The position numbers and the translations under genes were made by a program. This document shows, piece after piece, positions 36,431-46,739 of a stretch of DNA of 64,000 bases. The stretch covers positions 32,001 to 96,000 of the forward strand of contig CAWFAK010000005.1 of the NCBI GenBank assembly GCA_963813715.1, given 5' to 3'. Every line of letters starts with the position of its first letter. Position 1 is the first letter of the stretch. The notes under the pieces were generated by a model that saw only the letters and a list, made by a program, of their open reading frames with translations, was not told the DNA's origin and made no database searches. The DNA comes from an uncultured Planctomycetaceae bacterium. GTDB taxonomy: Bacteria > Planctomycetota > Planctomycetia > Planctomycetales > Planctomycetaceae.

Positions 36431-38791
36431 ATGTCAGCTCCCTGCAGTTCCCGTGCGCCCGGTGTCACTGCCTCCTTTCTGGTTTCCTTCTTCACCGCGA
36501 TCCTGACGGCCGCCCCGTCGTTCGCCGACGACCCTGCCGGCAAGCTGCCGCGCGATCCGCCTCCGTTTCAGGGCGTGGTCGGCCGCACGATCAAGGATTC
36601 GAAGTCCGCTTATCCCGAGCCTGTGCGGGCTCCCAGAGACGCGCCCAACGTCGTGATCATCATGACCGACGATACGGGCTTTGGTCATGCGAGCACGTTC
36701 GGCGGGCCGATCCCCACTCCCACGCTCGACCGGCTGGCCAAAGGCGGTCTGCGTTACAACCGCTTCCACACGACGGCCCTCTGCTCGCCGACCCGGGCGG
36801 CCCTGCTCAGCGGTCGCAACCATCACTCGATGAGCGCCGGCATCGTCGAGGAATTCGCCACCGGCTTTCCCGGTTACGACTCGATGTTGCCCGCGAACGC
36901 CGCGCTGATCTCGGAGGTGCTCAAGGGCAACGGCTACAGCACGGCCGCATTCGGCAAATGGCACAACACGCCCAACTGGGAATCGGGGCCGACGGGACCC
37001 TTCGATCGCTGGCCCACCAACCTGGGCTTTCAGTACTTCTACGGCTTTCTCGGCGGCGACACGAACCAGTGGTCTCCCGGGCTGGTGGAGAACACAAAAC
37101 GGCTCGAGCCCCCCTACGATCCGCAGTATCACTTGATGACCGACATGACGAACCGGGCCATCGACTGGGTTCGCACGCAAAAAACCACCCAACCGAACAA
37201 GCCGTTTTTCGTCTATTTCGCTCCCGGCGCCACGCACGCACCGCACCACGCCCCCAAAAGCTGGATCGAACGCTTCAAAGGGCAGTTCGACCAGGGCTGG
37301 GACAAGGTCCGCGAAGAAACGTTTGCCCGCCAGAAGCAGCTCGGCGTCGTCCCGCCGGACACCATCAATACGCCGCGACACAAGTCGATCCCCGCCTGGG
37401 ACTCCCTGAGCGCCGACGATCGACGCCTCTATGCCCGCATGCAGGAGGTGTTTGCCGGCTTCCTCGCCTACACCGACAGCGAAATCGGCCGCCTGATCGA
37501 CACTATCGACCAGCTGGGTGAACTCGACAATACGCTCGTCTTCTACATCGTGGGCGACAACGGCGCGAGTCCCGAAGGAGGCGTGACCGGCACTGACAAC
37601 GAAGGCAAGCGATTTAACGGCATCTTCGATTCGGTCGAGGCGAACCGTAAGCTGCTCGACAAGTTGGGCGGCCCGATGGCCTACAACAACTACGCAGTCG
37701 GCTGGGCCTACGCCGGCAGCACACCCTTCAAATGGACCAAGCAGATCGCCTCGCACTTCGGCGGCACGCGCAATCCGCTCGTGATCTCCTGGCCCAAGCG
37801 CATCCGCGACAAAGGTGGCTTGCGGACCCAGTTCCACCACGTCGTCGACATCGCCCCCACGATTTATGAGTCCGTCGGCATCCATCCGCCTGCCGCCGTC
37901 AACGGCATTGCGCAAAAACCGATCGAAGGCGTCAGCCTGGCGTACACCTTCGATCATTCCGAGGCCAAGGGACGTCACGTCACCCAATATTTCGAGATGA
38001 TCGGCAGCCGGGCGCTATATCACGACGGCTGGGTGGCGGCCGCCTTTCATGGCCGCATTCCCTGGCTGGCCTTTGCGCTCGGCAGCGGGCCGGACATCGA
38101 CGAGGAGCCCTGGGAGCTCTATCACATCGACGAAGACTTCAGCGAAGCCAAGGATCTCACCAAGGCCAACCCCAAGAAACTGCGCGAGCTGCAGTCGATG
38201 TTCTGGATCGAAGCGGCCAAGTATCACGTCTTGCCGATCGACGATCGCACGGCCGGCCGCATGCTCAATAACCCGCAACCCCAAGTCGCTCCCGGCCGCA
38301 CGAAGGCGACGTTCTACCCGGGGATCATCTTGCCGGAAGCGGTCGCACCGAACTCCAAGAACCGCTCGTACGCCATCACGGCCTTCGTCGATCTGGCGAA
38401 ACCGGGGGCCGAAGGTGTGCTCGTCGCCCAGGGGGGCCGCTTCGGTGGGTACACGCTCTACATCAAGAACGGAAAGCTGGTCTGGCACTTCAATTTCTTG
38501 AATGCCTCCCGGTATACGATCACGTCGGATGTCGACGTGCCGCTGGGCAAGTCGCAGCTGCGGTACGAATTCGCGTTCGCCGGCGACGCCAACGGCGGCG
38601 GTCTGGGAAGGCTGTTTATCAACGACCGGCAAGTGGGCGAAGGAAAGATCGGTCGCACACCCCGCGGCGTCCTCTCGCTCGACGAAACGTTCAACGTCGG
38701 CGAGGACATCGCCACGCCCGTCTCGGAAGACTACCAATCTCCGTTCCGCTTCACCGGCGGCCTCGAGAAGGTGACGGTCCAGCTCAAGTGA
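36431..38791 (+). CDS. Arylsulfatase (formylglycine-dependent) with signal peptide and C-terminal beta-sandwich
   Basis: PNVVIIMTDD, CSPTRAALLSGR, GKWH, HAPHH, GDNG; hydrophobic N-terminal signal. Confidence 0.92.
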   Translation: MSAPCSSRAPGVTASFLVSFFTAILTAAPSFADDPAGKLPRDPPPFQGVVGRTIKDSKSAYPEPVRAPRDAPNVVIIMTDDTGFGHASTFGGPIPTPTLDRLAKGGLRYNRFHTTALCSPTRAALLSGRNHHSMSAGIVEEFATGFPGYDSMLPANAALISEVLKGNGYSTAAFGKWHNTPNWESGPTGPFDRWPTNLGFQYFYGFLGGDTNQWSPGLVENTKRLEPPYDPQYHLMTDMTNRAIDWVRTQKTTQPNKPFFVYFAPGATHAPHHAPKSWIERFKGQFDQGWDKVREETFARQKQLGVVPPDTINTPRHKSIPAWDSLSADDRRLYARMQEVFAGFLAYTDSEIGRLIDTIDQLGELDNTLVFYIVGDNGASPEGGVTGTDNEGKRFNGIFDSVEANRKLLDKLGGPMAYNNYAVGWAYAGSTPFKWTKQIASHFGGTRNPLVISWPKRIRDKGGLRTQFHHVVDIAPTIYESVGIHPPAAVNGIAQKPIEGVSLAYTFDHSEAKGRHVTQYFEMIGSRALYHDGWVAAAFHGRIPWLAFALGSGPDIDEEPWELYHIDEDFSEAKDLTKANPKKLRELQSMFWIEAAKYHVLPIDDRTAGRMLNNPQPQVAPGRTKATFYPGIILPEAVAPNSKNRSYAITAFVDLAKPGAEGVLVAQGGRFGGYTLYIKNGKLVWHFNFLNASRYTITSDVDVPLGKSQLRYEFAFAGDANGGGLGRLFINDRQVGEGKIGRTPRGVLSLDETFNVGEDIATPVSEDYQSPFRFTGGLEKVTVQLK

Positions 38792-38806
38792 GGGCGGCGC
38801 CGAAAA

Positions 38807-41545
38807 CTACGAACGAGCGGGGCGGTTGCTGCGGCGATACCAGTCTTCGAAGAAGTCGAGCCAGCGGCTGAGTCCCGGCTCCTGAAAGCACGACAAGTGA
38901 TTGTCGGTCTGGGGTAGCACGCACGACTCGATGCCCCCCGTTTCAATGCGGCGCCAACAGGCGGCATAGCTGGCGTGATAGGGCGCGCCCGCCACGAGAG
39001 CCACGCGTTGGCCGAGGGCGTGCAGGAAAGCGCTGTCGATATTCTGGACGTAGTGCGGATGCATGAAGTTCCACCGCTGCTCCGCGATCGAAGCCTCGGA
39101 AGAAATCATCTCGGCCTCGCCGCCTTTCGCCGCCACCTGACCGACGGGTGTGCGGCTAAACAGCAGGCGATAGAGGCTGCCGAGCCTTTGCCGCAAACGA
39201 ATCTTCCAGGGCAGGTCGCGGTAGGGCAGGGCGGGCTCGATCATCATCAGGTCGATGTCGAAGCCCTTGTTCAACAACTTGGCGGCCAGGCAATAAGCGA
39301 GAATGCCCCCATACGAATAGCCGATCAACAGCAGCTTCCGGCCGAGCACGTGCTGTTCGAGCTCGCGCACGTAGACTTGCAGCTGTTCCTCGAAACTAAG
39401 ATTGAGGGGCGGCCAGAATCTGCGAGCCGTCGAGCTTCAGATGAATGACGGGGCCGAGCGACGGCAATCGCTCCAACAGCAACGGAATGGGCTGCACGTG
39501 GCCGACGCACACGAGCGGATGTCCGTCGCCGCCAGCCCGCAATACTTCCAGAAAGTCGGTGGTTCCCGCGTCCGGTCCCCGCACCGCATGCTCCTTCTGT
39601 CCGCTGGGTGAAGAAGTCTCGCTGCGAGTCGCGCTGGTCGACGGAAACATCCGGGCGAGGCCGGCCGGAGTAGGGGCGACAAACAGGCTGCGCGTCGACA
39701 GCTCGACATGCAGCCGCTCGCGGATTCGCGAAACGAGCGTGGTCGCCAGCAGCGAGTGCCCGCCCAGGACGAAGAAGTTGTCGTGGATGCCGACCCGGGC
39801 GAGACCTAGTACGTCGGCAAAGATGCCGGCCAGCTCTTCCTCAATCGGCGTGCCGGTCGCGCGGAGACCGCGCTTCGGCTCGTTGCTGGCCTCCTGGTCG
39901 TTGATGATCGATTCGGGGGCGGGTAGTTGCTGGCGGTCGAGCTTGCCGTTGACGGTTCGCGGGAGCGCGTTGAGTGCGACGTACCGCGCCGGCAGCATGT
40001 GCTCCGGCAATCTCCGCTCGAGAAACCGGCGAAGCTCCGCGGCAGAGGGAGACATTGCGGACTTCGGTGCGACGAAGTAAGCCACCAGCCGTTTGTCGCC
40101 CGGCCGATCCTCGCGCAACTGTACAGCGCAGTCGGTAATTTGGGGGTGCTCCGCGAGCGTGGACTCGATTTCTGCCAGCTCGATGCGGAAGCCGCGCAGT
40201 TTGACCTGTTGATCGATGCGGCCGAGATATTCGAGATTGCCGTCCGGCCGCCGACGCACCAGGTCGCCCGTGCGATACAGCCGGTCGCCCGGCCGATCGC
40301 TGAACGGGTCGGGGAGAAATCGCTCCGCGGTCAGCTCGGGCCGGTTGAGATAGCCGCGGGCCAGCCCCGCGCCGCCCACGTACAGTTCACCAACCTGTCC
40401 GGTCGGCGTCGGCTCGCGGGATTCGTCGAGCACGTGCAGCCTGAGGTCGGGGATGGCCTCGCCGATCAGGCTGCTGCGCGTGGTGCGCACCAGCTCGCGG
40501 CTGAGCGGCTGGTAGGTCACGTGCACCGTCGTTTCCGTGATGCCGTACATGTTGACGAGCGTGGTCGCTTCGTCGGCGTGCCGCAGATACCAGTCTCTCA
40601 AGCGGGAGAAGTCGAGCGCCTCGCCGCCAAAGATGATGTATCGCAGCGCCAGCTCGACGGTGGTCGGGTTCTCAGCGTCGGCCTGCAGTAACTGGTAAAA
40701 GGCCGACGGGGTTTGGTTCAGAACGGTGACCCGCTCGTGGGCCAGCAGGTTGAGGAATTCAGCCGGCGAGCGAGTGATTGTTCGCGGGACGAGCACGAGA
40801 CGTCCGCCATGCAGCAGCGCGCCCACAGCTCCCAGACGGAGAAGTCGAAGGCGAACGAGTGGAACAGCGTCCACACATCGTCCGGGCCGAACTCGAACCA
40901 GGACCGCGTCGATTCGAACAAGCGCACGACGTTCCCGTGCGAGACGACAACGCCCTTGGGCGCGCCGGTCGACCCCGAAGTGTAGATGACGTAGGCTGCT
41001 TGTCCGAAATTGGGAGTTGCGACCCGCTCCGAGTCCGTCGGGTTGTCGTCCGCCGCGCGCTCGAAAGCCGTTCGCGTTTCTGGTGTATCGAGCAGCAGCG
41101 TTCTCGTGGCTTCCGGCAGTTGTCCGCGGAGCGCGCGTGTCGTGAGAACGACGATTGGAGCAGCATCCTCGACGATCACGGCCAATCGCGCGGCCGGATA
41201 CTCGGGATCGAGCGGCACGTAGGCTCCGCCCGCTTTCAAAATCGCCACAATGCCGATCACCATTTCGGGCGATCGGTCGAGACACAGGGCCACGAGTTTC
41301 TCGGGACCGACGCCGCTATCCCGCAGCACGTGCGCCAATTGATTGGCGCGGGCGTTCAACTCGGCGTACGTGATCCGCTGTTCGTCGCCGGCGAGGGCAA
41401 TGGCCTCGGGCGTGCGCGTGGCCTGCTCTTCGAATAGCCGATGCAGACCCTTGTCGGGCACTGACGGCGCGGCGGTCGAGCGAACTTTCTCTGCCCGCAC
41501 GGCCCGTCGCTCAGAATCCGTGAACAGGGGCAACTCGACCGTCAT
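38807..41545 (-). CDS. Stand-alone NRPS-like A-T-TE enzyme, Thr-type adenylation code; frameshifts near 40820 and 39415
   Basis: YTSGSTGAPKG, FDFSVWE, NMYGITE, YRTGDL, GKLDR; PCP FFVLGGHSLL; TE GYSYGG and late His (NHLS). Confidence 0.88.
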
Positions 41546-41777
41546 CTCATGCGCCCCGTGCCGGAAATACCTCTCGCCGCAAACATTAAGGAAAGTCCAT
41601 TTTGTGCACGATTTTGCGCGAAATGAGACCAGCTATTGTTCACGCTGGATTAAACCTGTCGACACCTCCACGGTTTGATGAACATTTTTTCATAATTTGA
41701 CGCGATGTGCAAGGACGTCGCCCGATGGAGTCGGCCTATGGACTGCTGCCGCTCGTCCGTCCACAGTCACGGCGCCT

Positions 41778-42332
41778 TCAAATGGCGTTCGCACTTTCGC
41801 AGGCGGGACGTCGAACGTCGGCAGTAAACAAATCTTTCGGCTCGGCCCCGGTCGCGCGACGCTCCGAGGCGAGCAGCCAGTGTTTCTTGTCGAGGCCGCC
41901 GGCATAACCTGTGAGCTTGCCGTTGGCGCCGATCACTCGATGGCAGGGGACGAGGATCGAGATCGGATTGCGGCCGTTGGCGTGACCCACGGCCCGCGAT
42001 GCGCTCGGCCTGCCGACGCGCCGCGCCAGCTCGCCATAGTGGATCGTCGTGCCGAACGGAATCCGCACCAGCTCCTGCCAGACACGCTGCTGAAACGCGG
42101 TGCCGACCAGTTTGATTGGCACATCGAACTGCTGTCGCTCGCCCGCGAAGTATTCGGCCAGCTGCCGCCGCACCGCTGCGAACGGCTCGTCGGCCCGTTG
42201 CCACGTGGGTTCCGGACCCGGCGAGCCCTTATGCGAGGGCATGAACAGACCCGTCACGAACTGGCCGTCGCCGCGAACGAACATCTGCCCCAAGGGGGAG
42301 TCGAAATACGTGAAGTAGGTGGTCACCGTCAT
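41778..42332 (-). CDS. ogt: Methylated-DNA-[protein]-cysteine S-methyltransferase
   Basis: GTAFQQRVW, IPFG, RAVGHANGRNP, PCHRVIG, GYAGG. Confidence 0.95.
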   Translation of the reverse strand: MTVTTYFTYFDSPLGQMFVRGDGQFVTGLFMPSHKGSPGPEPTWQRADEPFAAVRRQLAEYFAGERQQFDVPIKLVGTAFQQRVWQELVRIPFGTTIHYGELARRVGRPSASRAVGHANGRNPISILVPCHRVIGANGKLTGYAGGLDKKHWLLASERRATGAEPKDLFTADVRRPACESANAI

Positions 42333-42388
42333 GGGTTCTTACTCCGCCAAGTGTTGGAGAATGGGTGTGAGTTTGAGTGTTGGTGTGG

Positions 42389-43843
42389 TCAGTTCGAAGG
42401 CTCGTGCAGGCTTTCCCAGAGATGCATGGCGGCATAGGCCCGCCAGGGACGCCAGGGCTCGGCCGCGTGTTCCAGCGCGCGGGCTGACTTCAGCCGCGAC
42501 GCCTTTACCAGTCCCAGATCGCCGGCCGGAAACGCGTCGGGCCAGCGAAGGGCCCGCATCGCGATGTACTCGGCCGTCCAGGGGCCGATGCCGGGTAGCT
42601 TGACGAGGTCGGCGACGACTGCCGGCGGGTCGACTCCCGCTTCGAGATCGATCTCGCGGCGGACGACCGCGCGAGCCAGATTTCGCAGACTCTCGGCACG
42701 GGCCTTTGGCAGGCCCAGGCCGGCGAGCGTTGTCGTTCGCGCGGCTGCCAGCGACTCGGCCGTCGGAGTGACGCGGTTCAAGCAAGCCAGCGGTGTCTCG
42801 ATCACGTCGCCGAAACGGTGTGCGAAGCGGCCGGCCAGAGTTGAAGCCCCGCGCACCGAAACTTGCTGCCCGAGCAAGGCCCGCAAACCCAGCTCGAATG
42901 AATCGAACGCCCCCGGCACCCGCAGGCCGCGATGACGCTCGAGCGAAGCGGCCAGCAGCGGATCGTGTGCGAGATGCCCGGCGATGACGTCGGGCCGCGC
43001 GTCCAGGTCGAATAAACTTCGTAAACGGGCCAGGATCGACGGCAACGCCGGCGCGAGCGCCGTGGCCAGATCGACGACCAGCGCATGTCGATTGGCGAGC
43101 GGCGCGACGCTCAGCCAGCCTCGGTGTTCACCGACGCGAACGGTGCGAGAGTAAGCCTCGCTGCTCACGCACTCAATGCCCGGAATGGCCCGCGCCGCTA
43201 AAAAGCGGAGCATTGCGTCCCAGTCGAACGGCGGCCGGTACGCCAAGGTCAGCCGCAAGGAATCGGTCTGCGCCGGCTGTGCCGCCGACCGCCGCAGGGC
43301 GCTGGGCGTCAGCCGATAGTGGCTGCGAAAGAGGGCATTGAACCGGCGCACGCTCTCAAACCCGGCCGCAAACGCGACCTGCACCATCGGTAGTTGCGTC
43401 TCGGCAATCAACCGCTTGGCCAGGAGCAGGCGATTCGTCTGTGCGAGTTCGACCGGCGACACGCCCAATTCGGCCCGCACAGAACGGCGCAGCTGCCGCG
43501 AGCTGAGTCCCAGGCTTGCGGCCAAATCCTCCAGGCTGCCCCCGTCGTTGAGCGCACCGGCTTCGATCCGTGCCGCGGCCGCCCGGGCCATCGTGCGGGC
43601 GCTGTCGACGGGCGAATTTCCCGGCGCGAGTTCCGGGCGGCAACGCAAGCAGGGGCGAAAGCCCGATTGCTCGGCGAGTGCCGCACTCGTGAAGAAGCGA
43701 CAGCGCTCGCGTCGTGGCGTCTTCGCGGTACAGACCGGTCGGCAGTAGATGCCCGTCGTCTTCACAGCGACGAAAAACACGCCGTCGAAACGGTTGTCCC
43801 GCGCCGTGAGGGCTCGATAGCAGACGTCGTCGTCAATCGTCAT
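42389..43843 (-). CDS. alkA: Ada Zn-binding/AraC regulator fused to AlkA DNA-3-methyladenine glycosylase
   Basis: TTGIYCRPVC..FRPCLRCRP, AraC HTH AFAAGFESVRRFN, LGQQVS, HhH LPGIGPWTA, D-A-F-P-A-G-D, WRPWRAYA. Confidence 0.93.
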   Translation of the reverse strand: MTIDDDVCYRALTARDNRFDGVFFVAVKTTGIYCRPVCTAKTPRRERCRFFTSAALAEQSGFRPCLRCRPELAPGNSPVDSARTMARAAAARIEAGALNDGGSLEDLAASLGLSSRQLRRSVRAELGVSPVELAQTNRLLLAKRLIAETQLPMVQVAFAAGFESVRRFNALFRSHYRLTPSALRRSAAQPAQTDSLRLTLAYRPPFDWDAMLRFLAARAIPGIECVSSEAYSRTVRVGEHRGWLSVAPLANRHALVVDLATALAPALPSILARLRSLFDLDARPDVIAGHLAHDPLLAASLERHRGLRVPGAFDSFELGLRALLGQQVSVRGASTLAGRFAHRFGDVIETPLACLNRVTPTAESLAAARTTTLAGLGLPKARAESLRNLARAVVRREIDLEAGVDPPAVVADLVKLPGIGPWTAEYIAMRALRWPDAFPAGDLGLVKASRLKSARALEHAAEPWRPWRAYAAMHLWESLHEPSN

Positions 43844-43891
43844 GTCCGAATTGTAGCCGCCCTTCACGGAAGGGCTGGCCGTTTTCGGACA
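43843..43891 (-). promoter_or_regulatory. Probable leaderless promoter and dyad operator upstream of ada-alkA
   Basis: Minus-strand TACAAT 6 nt before the ATG; inverted repeats TGTCCGAA/TTCGGACA (43843-43850/43884-43891) and GCCCTTC/GAAGGGC. Confidence 0.5.
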
Positions 43892-44098
43892 CGTAAAACA
43901 GTCTGTCCCAAATTCGCTGGAGGGTATCCGGGCCGGCTGCCGCCCTGTCGAACGTCGACGTTTCAGGTGAATTCCCGCCGGCCGGAGACGACCCGCGACG
44001 GCTGTTAATCGCTCTCCCGTACGACCGCCAAGAAATGCTCAATTTGCCCAATCGCGCAAACCGATAGATTTTCTAGGAGACCAAGCGAGGGGGGACCC

Positions 44099-45013
44099 GT
44101 GCGCGAAGGATCCGCGCTTTCGAATCGAGCGCGCTATTGCGCCTCGAGCGGCCGGCTCGCGCGAGCGTGGTGGCCGATTCTGATTTGCCTGCTCGCGTCG
44201 ATCTCGGGCTGCCGCACGCACTTGAGTCTGCGCGACAATACGCTGCGCACGGCGGGCACGCTGACCGATCTCAACTATCAGCAAGTGCTCGATAACCTGG
44301 CTCGGTTTCACGACAACCCGGCGGCCATGCCTTCGTTCGCCGTCGTGAACGCGGGCACGGTGAACGTCGCCGATCAGACGTCATTCAACGCCAACGCGAC
44401 GTACTCACCGACGCTCACATTCGGCCAGCAACTGGGTTCGGGACTGCCGATCCTCAGCTTGCTCTTCAATCCGAGTGGCCAGCGCAACGTCACCGAGAAC
44501 TGGTCGCTGGCGCCGGTGACCGACATCGACAACTTGCGGCGGATTCGTTGTGCCTATCAACTTCTCGTGGCCGGCGGCACGCTCGACTCCAACTGCATTC
44601 CGTGCCAGGACCTGATCAAACGCTTTTATCTGGGCGAACAAGACGACCTCGACTGCGTCATTCCTAAGGGCTGGTACGGCGTGGGCTGCAAGAAGGACGT
44701 GCCCGAGTGCGCTTGCTACGTGGGGCATTTCGGCAAGACCTACGTCTGGGTCAACGCCGATGGTCTCGACGGCCTGACCCGCTTCACAATGACAGTGATC
44801 GATCTGGCGACCGGAAAGCCTCACGCTCCCACCAAGACCGTCGTAAGCACTTATGGCCCGGACGGCAAACTGCAGAACACGCAGGTCACGACCACGGAGA
44901 TCGACAGCGGGGCACTCAAAGAGATGCGCAAAGAGGCGGGCCAAACCGACCGCGCTCGGCAGTATCTCAGTCCGCCGCTCGTGAATCCGGGCCTGTTCTT
45001 CGTGCCGCATTAG
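44099..45013 (+). CDS. Hypothetical Cys-rich lipoprotein
   Basis: Lipobox-like WPILICLLASISG-C; QQVLDNLARF; several Cys in the C-terminal half; codon usage consistent with coding. Confidence 0.65.
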   Translation: MREGSALSNRARYCASSGRLARAWWPILICLLASISGCRTHLSLRDNTLRTAGTLTDLNYQQVLDNLARFHDNPAAMPSFAVVNAGTVNVADQTSFNANATYSPTLTFGQQLGSGLPILSLLFNPSGQRNVTENWSLAPVTDIDNLRRIRCAYQLLVAGGTLDSNCIPCQDLIKRFYLGEQDDLDCVIPKGWYGVGCKKDVPECACYVGHFGKTYVWVNADGLDGLTRFTMTVIDLATGKPHAPTKTVVSTYGPDGKLQNTQVTTTEIDSGALKEMRKEAGQTDRARQYLSPPLVNPGLFFVPH

Positions 45014-45162
45014 AATTGCGCCGCCTCGGAATTTCGTCCGTCGGCACTCGACGAGCACGTCGGGCGGAAGCGCGGCCATTGCGGTCGACAGTCGTTATGC
45101 TGTTTGACGGCGGCATTTTGCGGAAGACTGCGCGCTTGACGAGCTACCGAGAGACACACGCT

Positions 45163-46722
45163 ATGGCAGTTAACGATTCGGCGGCCGACAGCAGTCCGTC
45201 GCCCGCCGAGGTCTCGCGTCGGGATTTTCTGCGACAGGGAGCAACGGCCGGAGCAGCATTAGCGCCGGGGATCGTGCTCTTATCGAGCGGCGTGCCCACA
45301 CTCTTAGCCCTCACCTCGTCGCCCGCCGAATACGAGCTGAACGTCGGGTCGCGCGCAGCCGAGCCGGACGGCCGGCGGCGAAACATCTGGTGTTACAACG
45401 CGCAGCTTCCGGGGCCGCTCGTTCGCGCGCGGCTCGGCCAGACGTTGCGGATCAAGGTCACCAATCACCTCGCGGTGCCGACGTCCGTTCACTGGCATGG
45501 GTTGCATCAGCCGGGCACCTGGCGGATGGACGGCGTCGACCGCGTGTCGCACGCTCCCATCCCGGCGGGCGGCTCGTTCGTCTACGAATTCATCGCCACT
45601 CCGGCAGGCACGCATTGGTATCACTCACACGTCGGCGTGCAATACGGCAACGGCCTCTTCGGCCCGCTCGTGATCGACGAACCCGCTCCGCCCGCCCACT
45701 ACGACCGCGAAGAGATCCTCATAATCAACGACTGGTTCCTGCGACCGGCCGAGGAGATTCTGGCAGGACTCGTCGGCCCGCAGCACAGCCGTCCCATGGC
45801 GGGCATGAAGGGTCCGGCTATGAAAAGCCCGGCCATGAAGGACGCCGGGATGAACGGCGGAGCCATGACCGGTCGCGCCATGAAAGGCATGGACGGCAAG
45901 CCCGACATCGGCGATGTGCCCTTCGAGTCGGCCCTCATGAATGGGCGGGGCCGCTTCGCCGGCACCCATGCTCCGCTGACCAGCCTACGCGTGAAGCCAG
46001 GCGAAACTTTACGACTGCGGCTGATCAACGCTTCGAGCACCTACCAATTTCGCTTCCAGATCGACGGCCATCCGCTCACGCTCATCGCCGCGGATGGCGC
46101 GCCCATCGCACCGATCAAGGTCGACAATCTGGTCTTCAGCCCGGGCGAGCGGTACGACGCGATTGTGGTTGCCGATCAGTCTGGGTCCGCCTGGATTCGT
46201 GCGGCAACCCTGGCGGGTGACGAGGCACGTGCCGTTCTGAATTACGCCGACGCGCCCAACGCCGAGCCGGCGCCCCACTCCGTGACCTGGGGCAAAACAG
46301 GACTCGAGCCGACTTCGCTGAGATCACCCGCGGCCGTTTCGCTCGTCCCGCATTCGCGCGAGGTCGTGCTGCGACTGGGGGGAACCATGCGGCCTTACGC
46401 GTGGAACATCAACGACGAATCCTACCCGCACGCCGCGCCAATCGCCGCGGCCAAAGACGAATGGCTGAGGTTCGTCCTGGACAATCCGACCGGCATGGAC
46501 CACCCGTTCCATCTGCACGGGCACTATTTCTACGTGCTGGGCGCGCCCCAGCGGTTGAACCTGGTTGACCCGCCGCAGAAGGACACGGTCAACGTGCCGG
46601 CCCGCAGCCAGATCGTGCTGCTGTGGAAAGCCAACAACCCAGGCCACTGGTTTTTCCACTGCCATATCGAATGGCATGCAGCAACCGGGATGGCGCGGGT
46701 TGTCGAAATCGCAGATCGCTAA
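45163..46722 (+). CDS. Tat-exported three-domain multicopper oxidase with Met-rich insert
   Basis: SRRDFLR; HWHG, WYHSH, HPFHLHGH, HCHIEWHAATGM; Met-rich segment at 45796-45900. Confidence 0.92.
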   Translation: MAVNDSAADSSPSPAEVSRRDFLRQGATAGAALAPGIVLLSSGVPTLLALTSSPAEYELNVGSRAAEPDGRRRNIWCYNAQLPGPLVRARLGQTLRIKVTNHLAVPTSVHWHGLHQPGTWRMDGVDRVSHAPIPAGGSFVYEFIATPAGTHWYHSHVGVQYGNGLFGPLVIDEPAPPAHYDREEILIINDWFLRPAEEILAGLVGPQHSRPMAGMKGPAMKSPAMKDAGMNGGAMTGRAMKGMDGKPDIGDVPFESALMNGRGRFAGTHAPLTSLRVKPGETLRLRLINASSTYQFRFQIDGHPLTLIAADGAPIAPIKVDNLVFSPGERYDAIVVADQSGSAWIRAATLAGDEARAVLNYADAPNAEPAPHSVTWGKTGLEPTSLRSPAAVSLVPHSREVVLRLGGTMRPYAWNINDESYPHAAPIAAAKDEWLRFVLDNPTGMDHPFHLHGHYFYVLGAPQRLNLVDPPQKDTVNVPARSQIVLLWKANNPGHWFFHCHIEWHAATGMARVVEIADR

Positions 46723-46739
46723 TTGAGGCTGAGCGGTCA

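Noticed and set aside
44707..45162. N-terminal extension of the multicopper oxidase
   Set aside because: It overlaps the lipoprotein gene out of frame; the Tat signal places the start at 45163.
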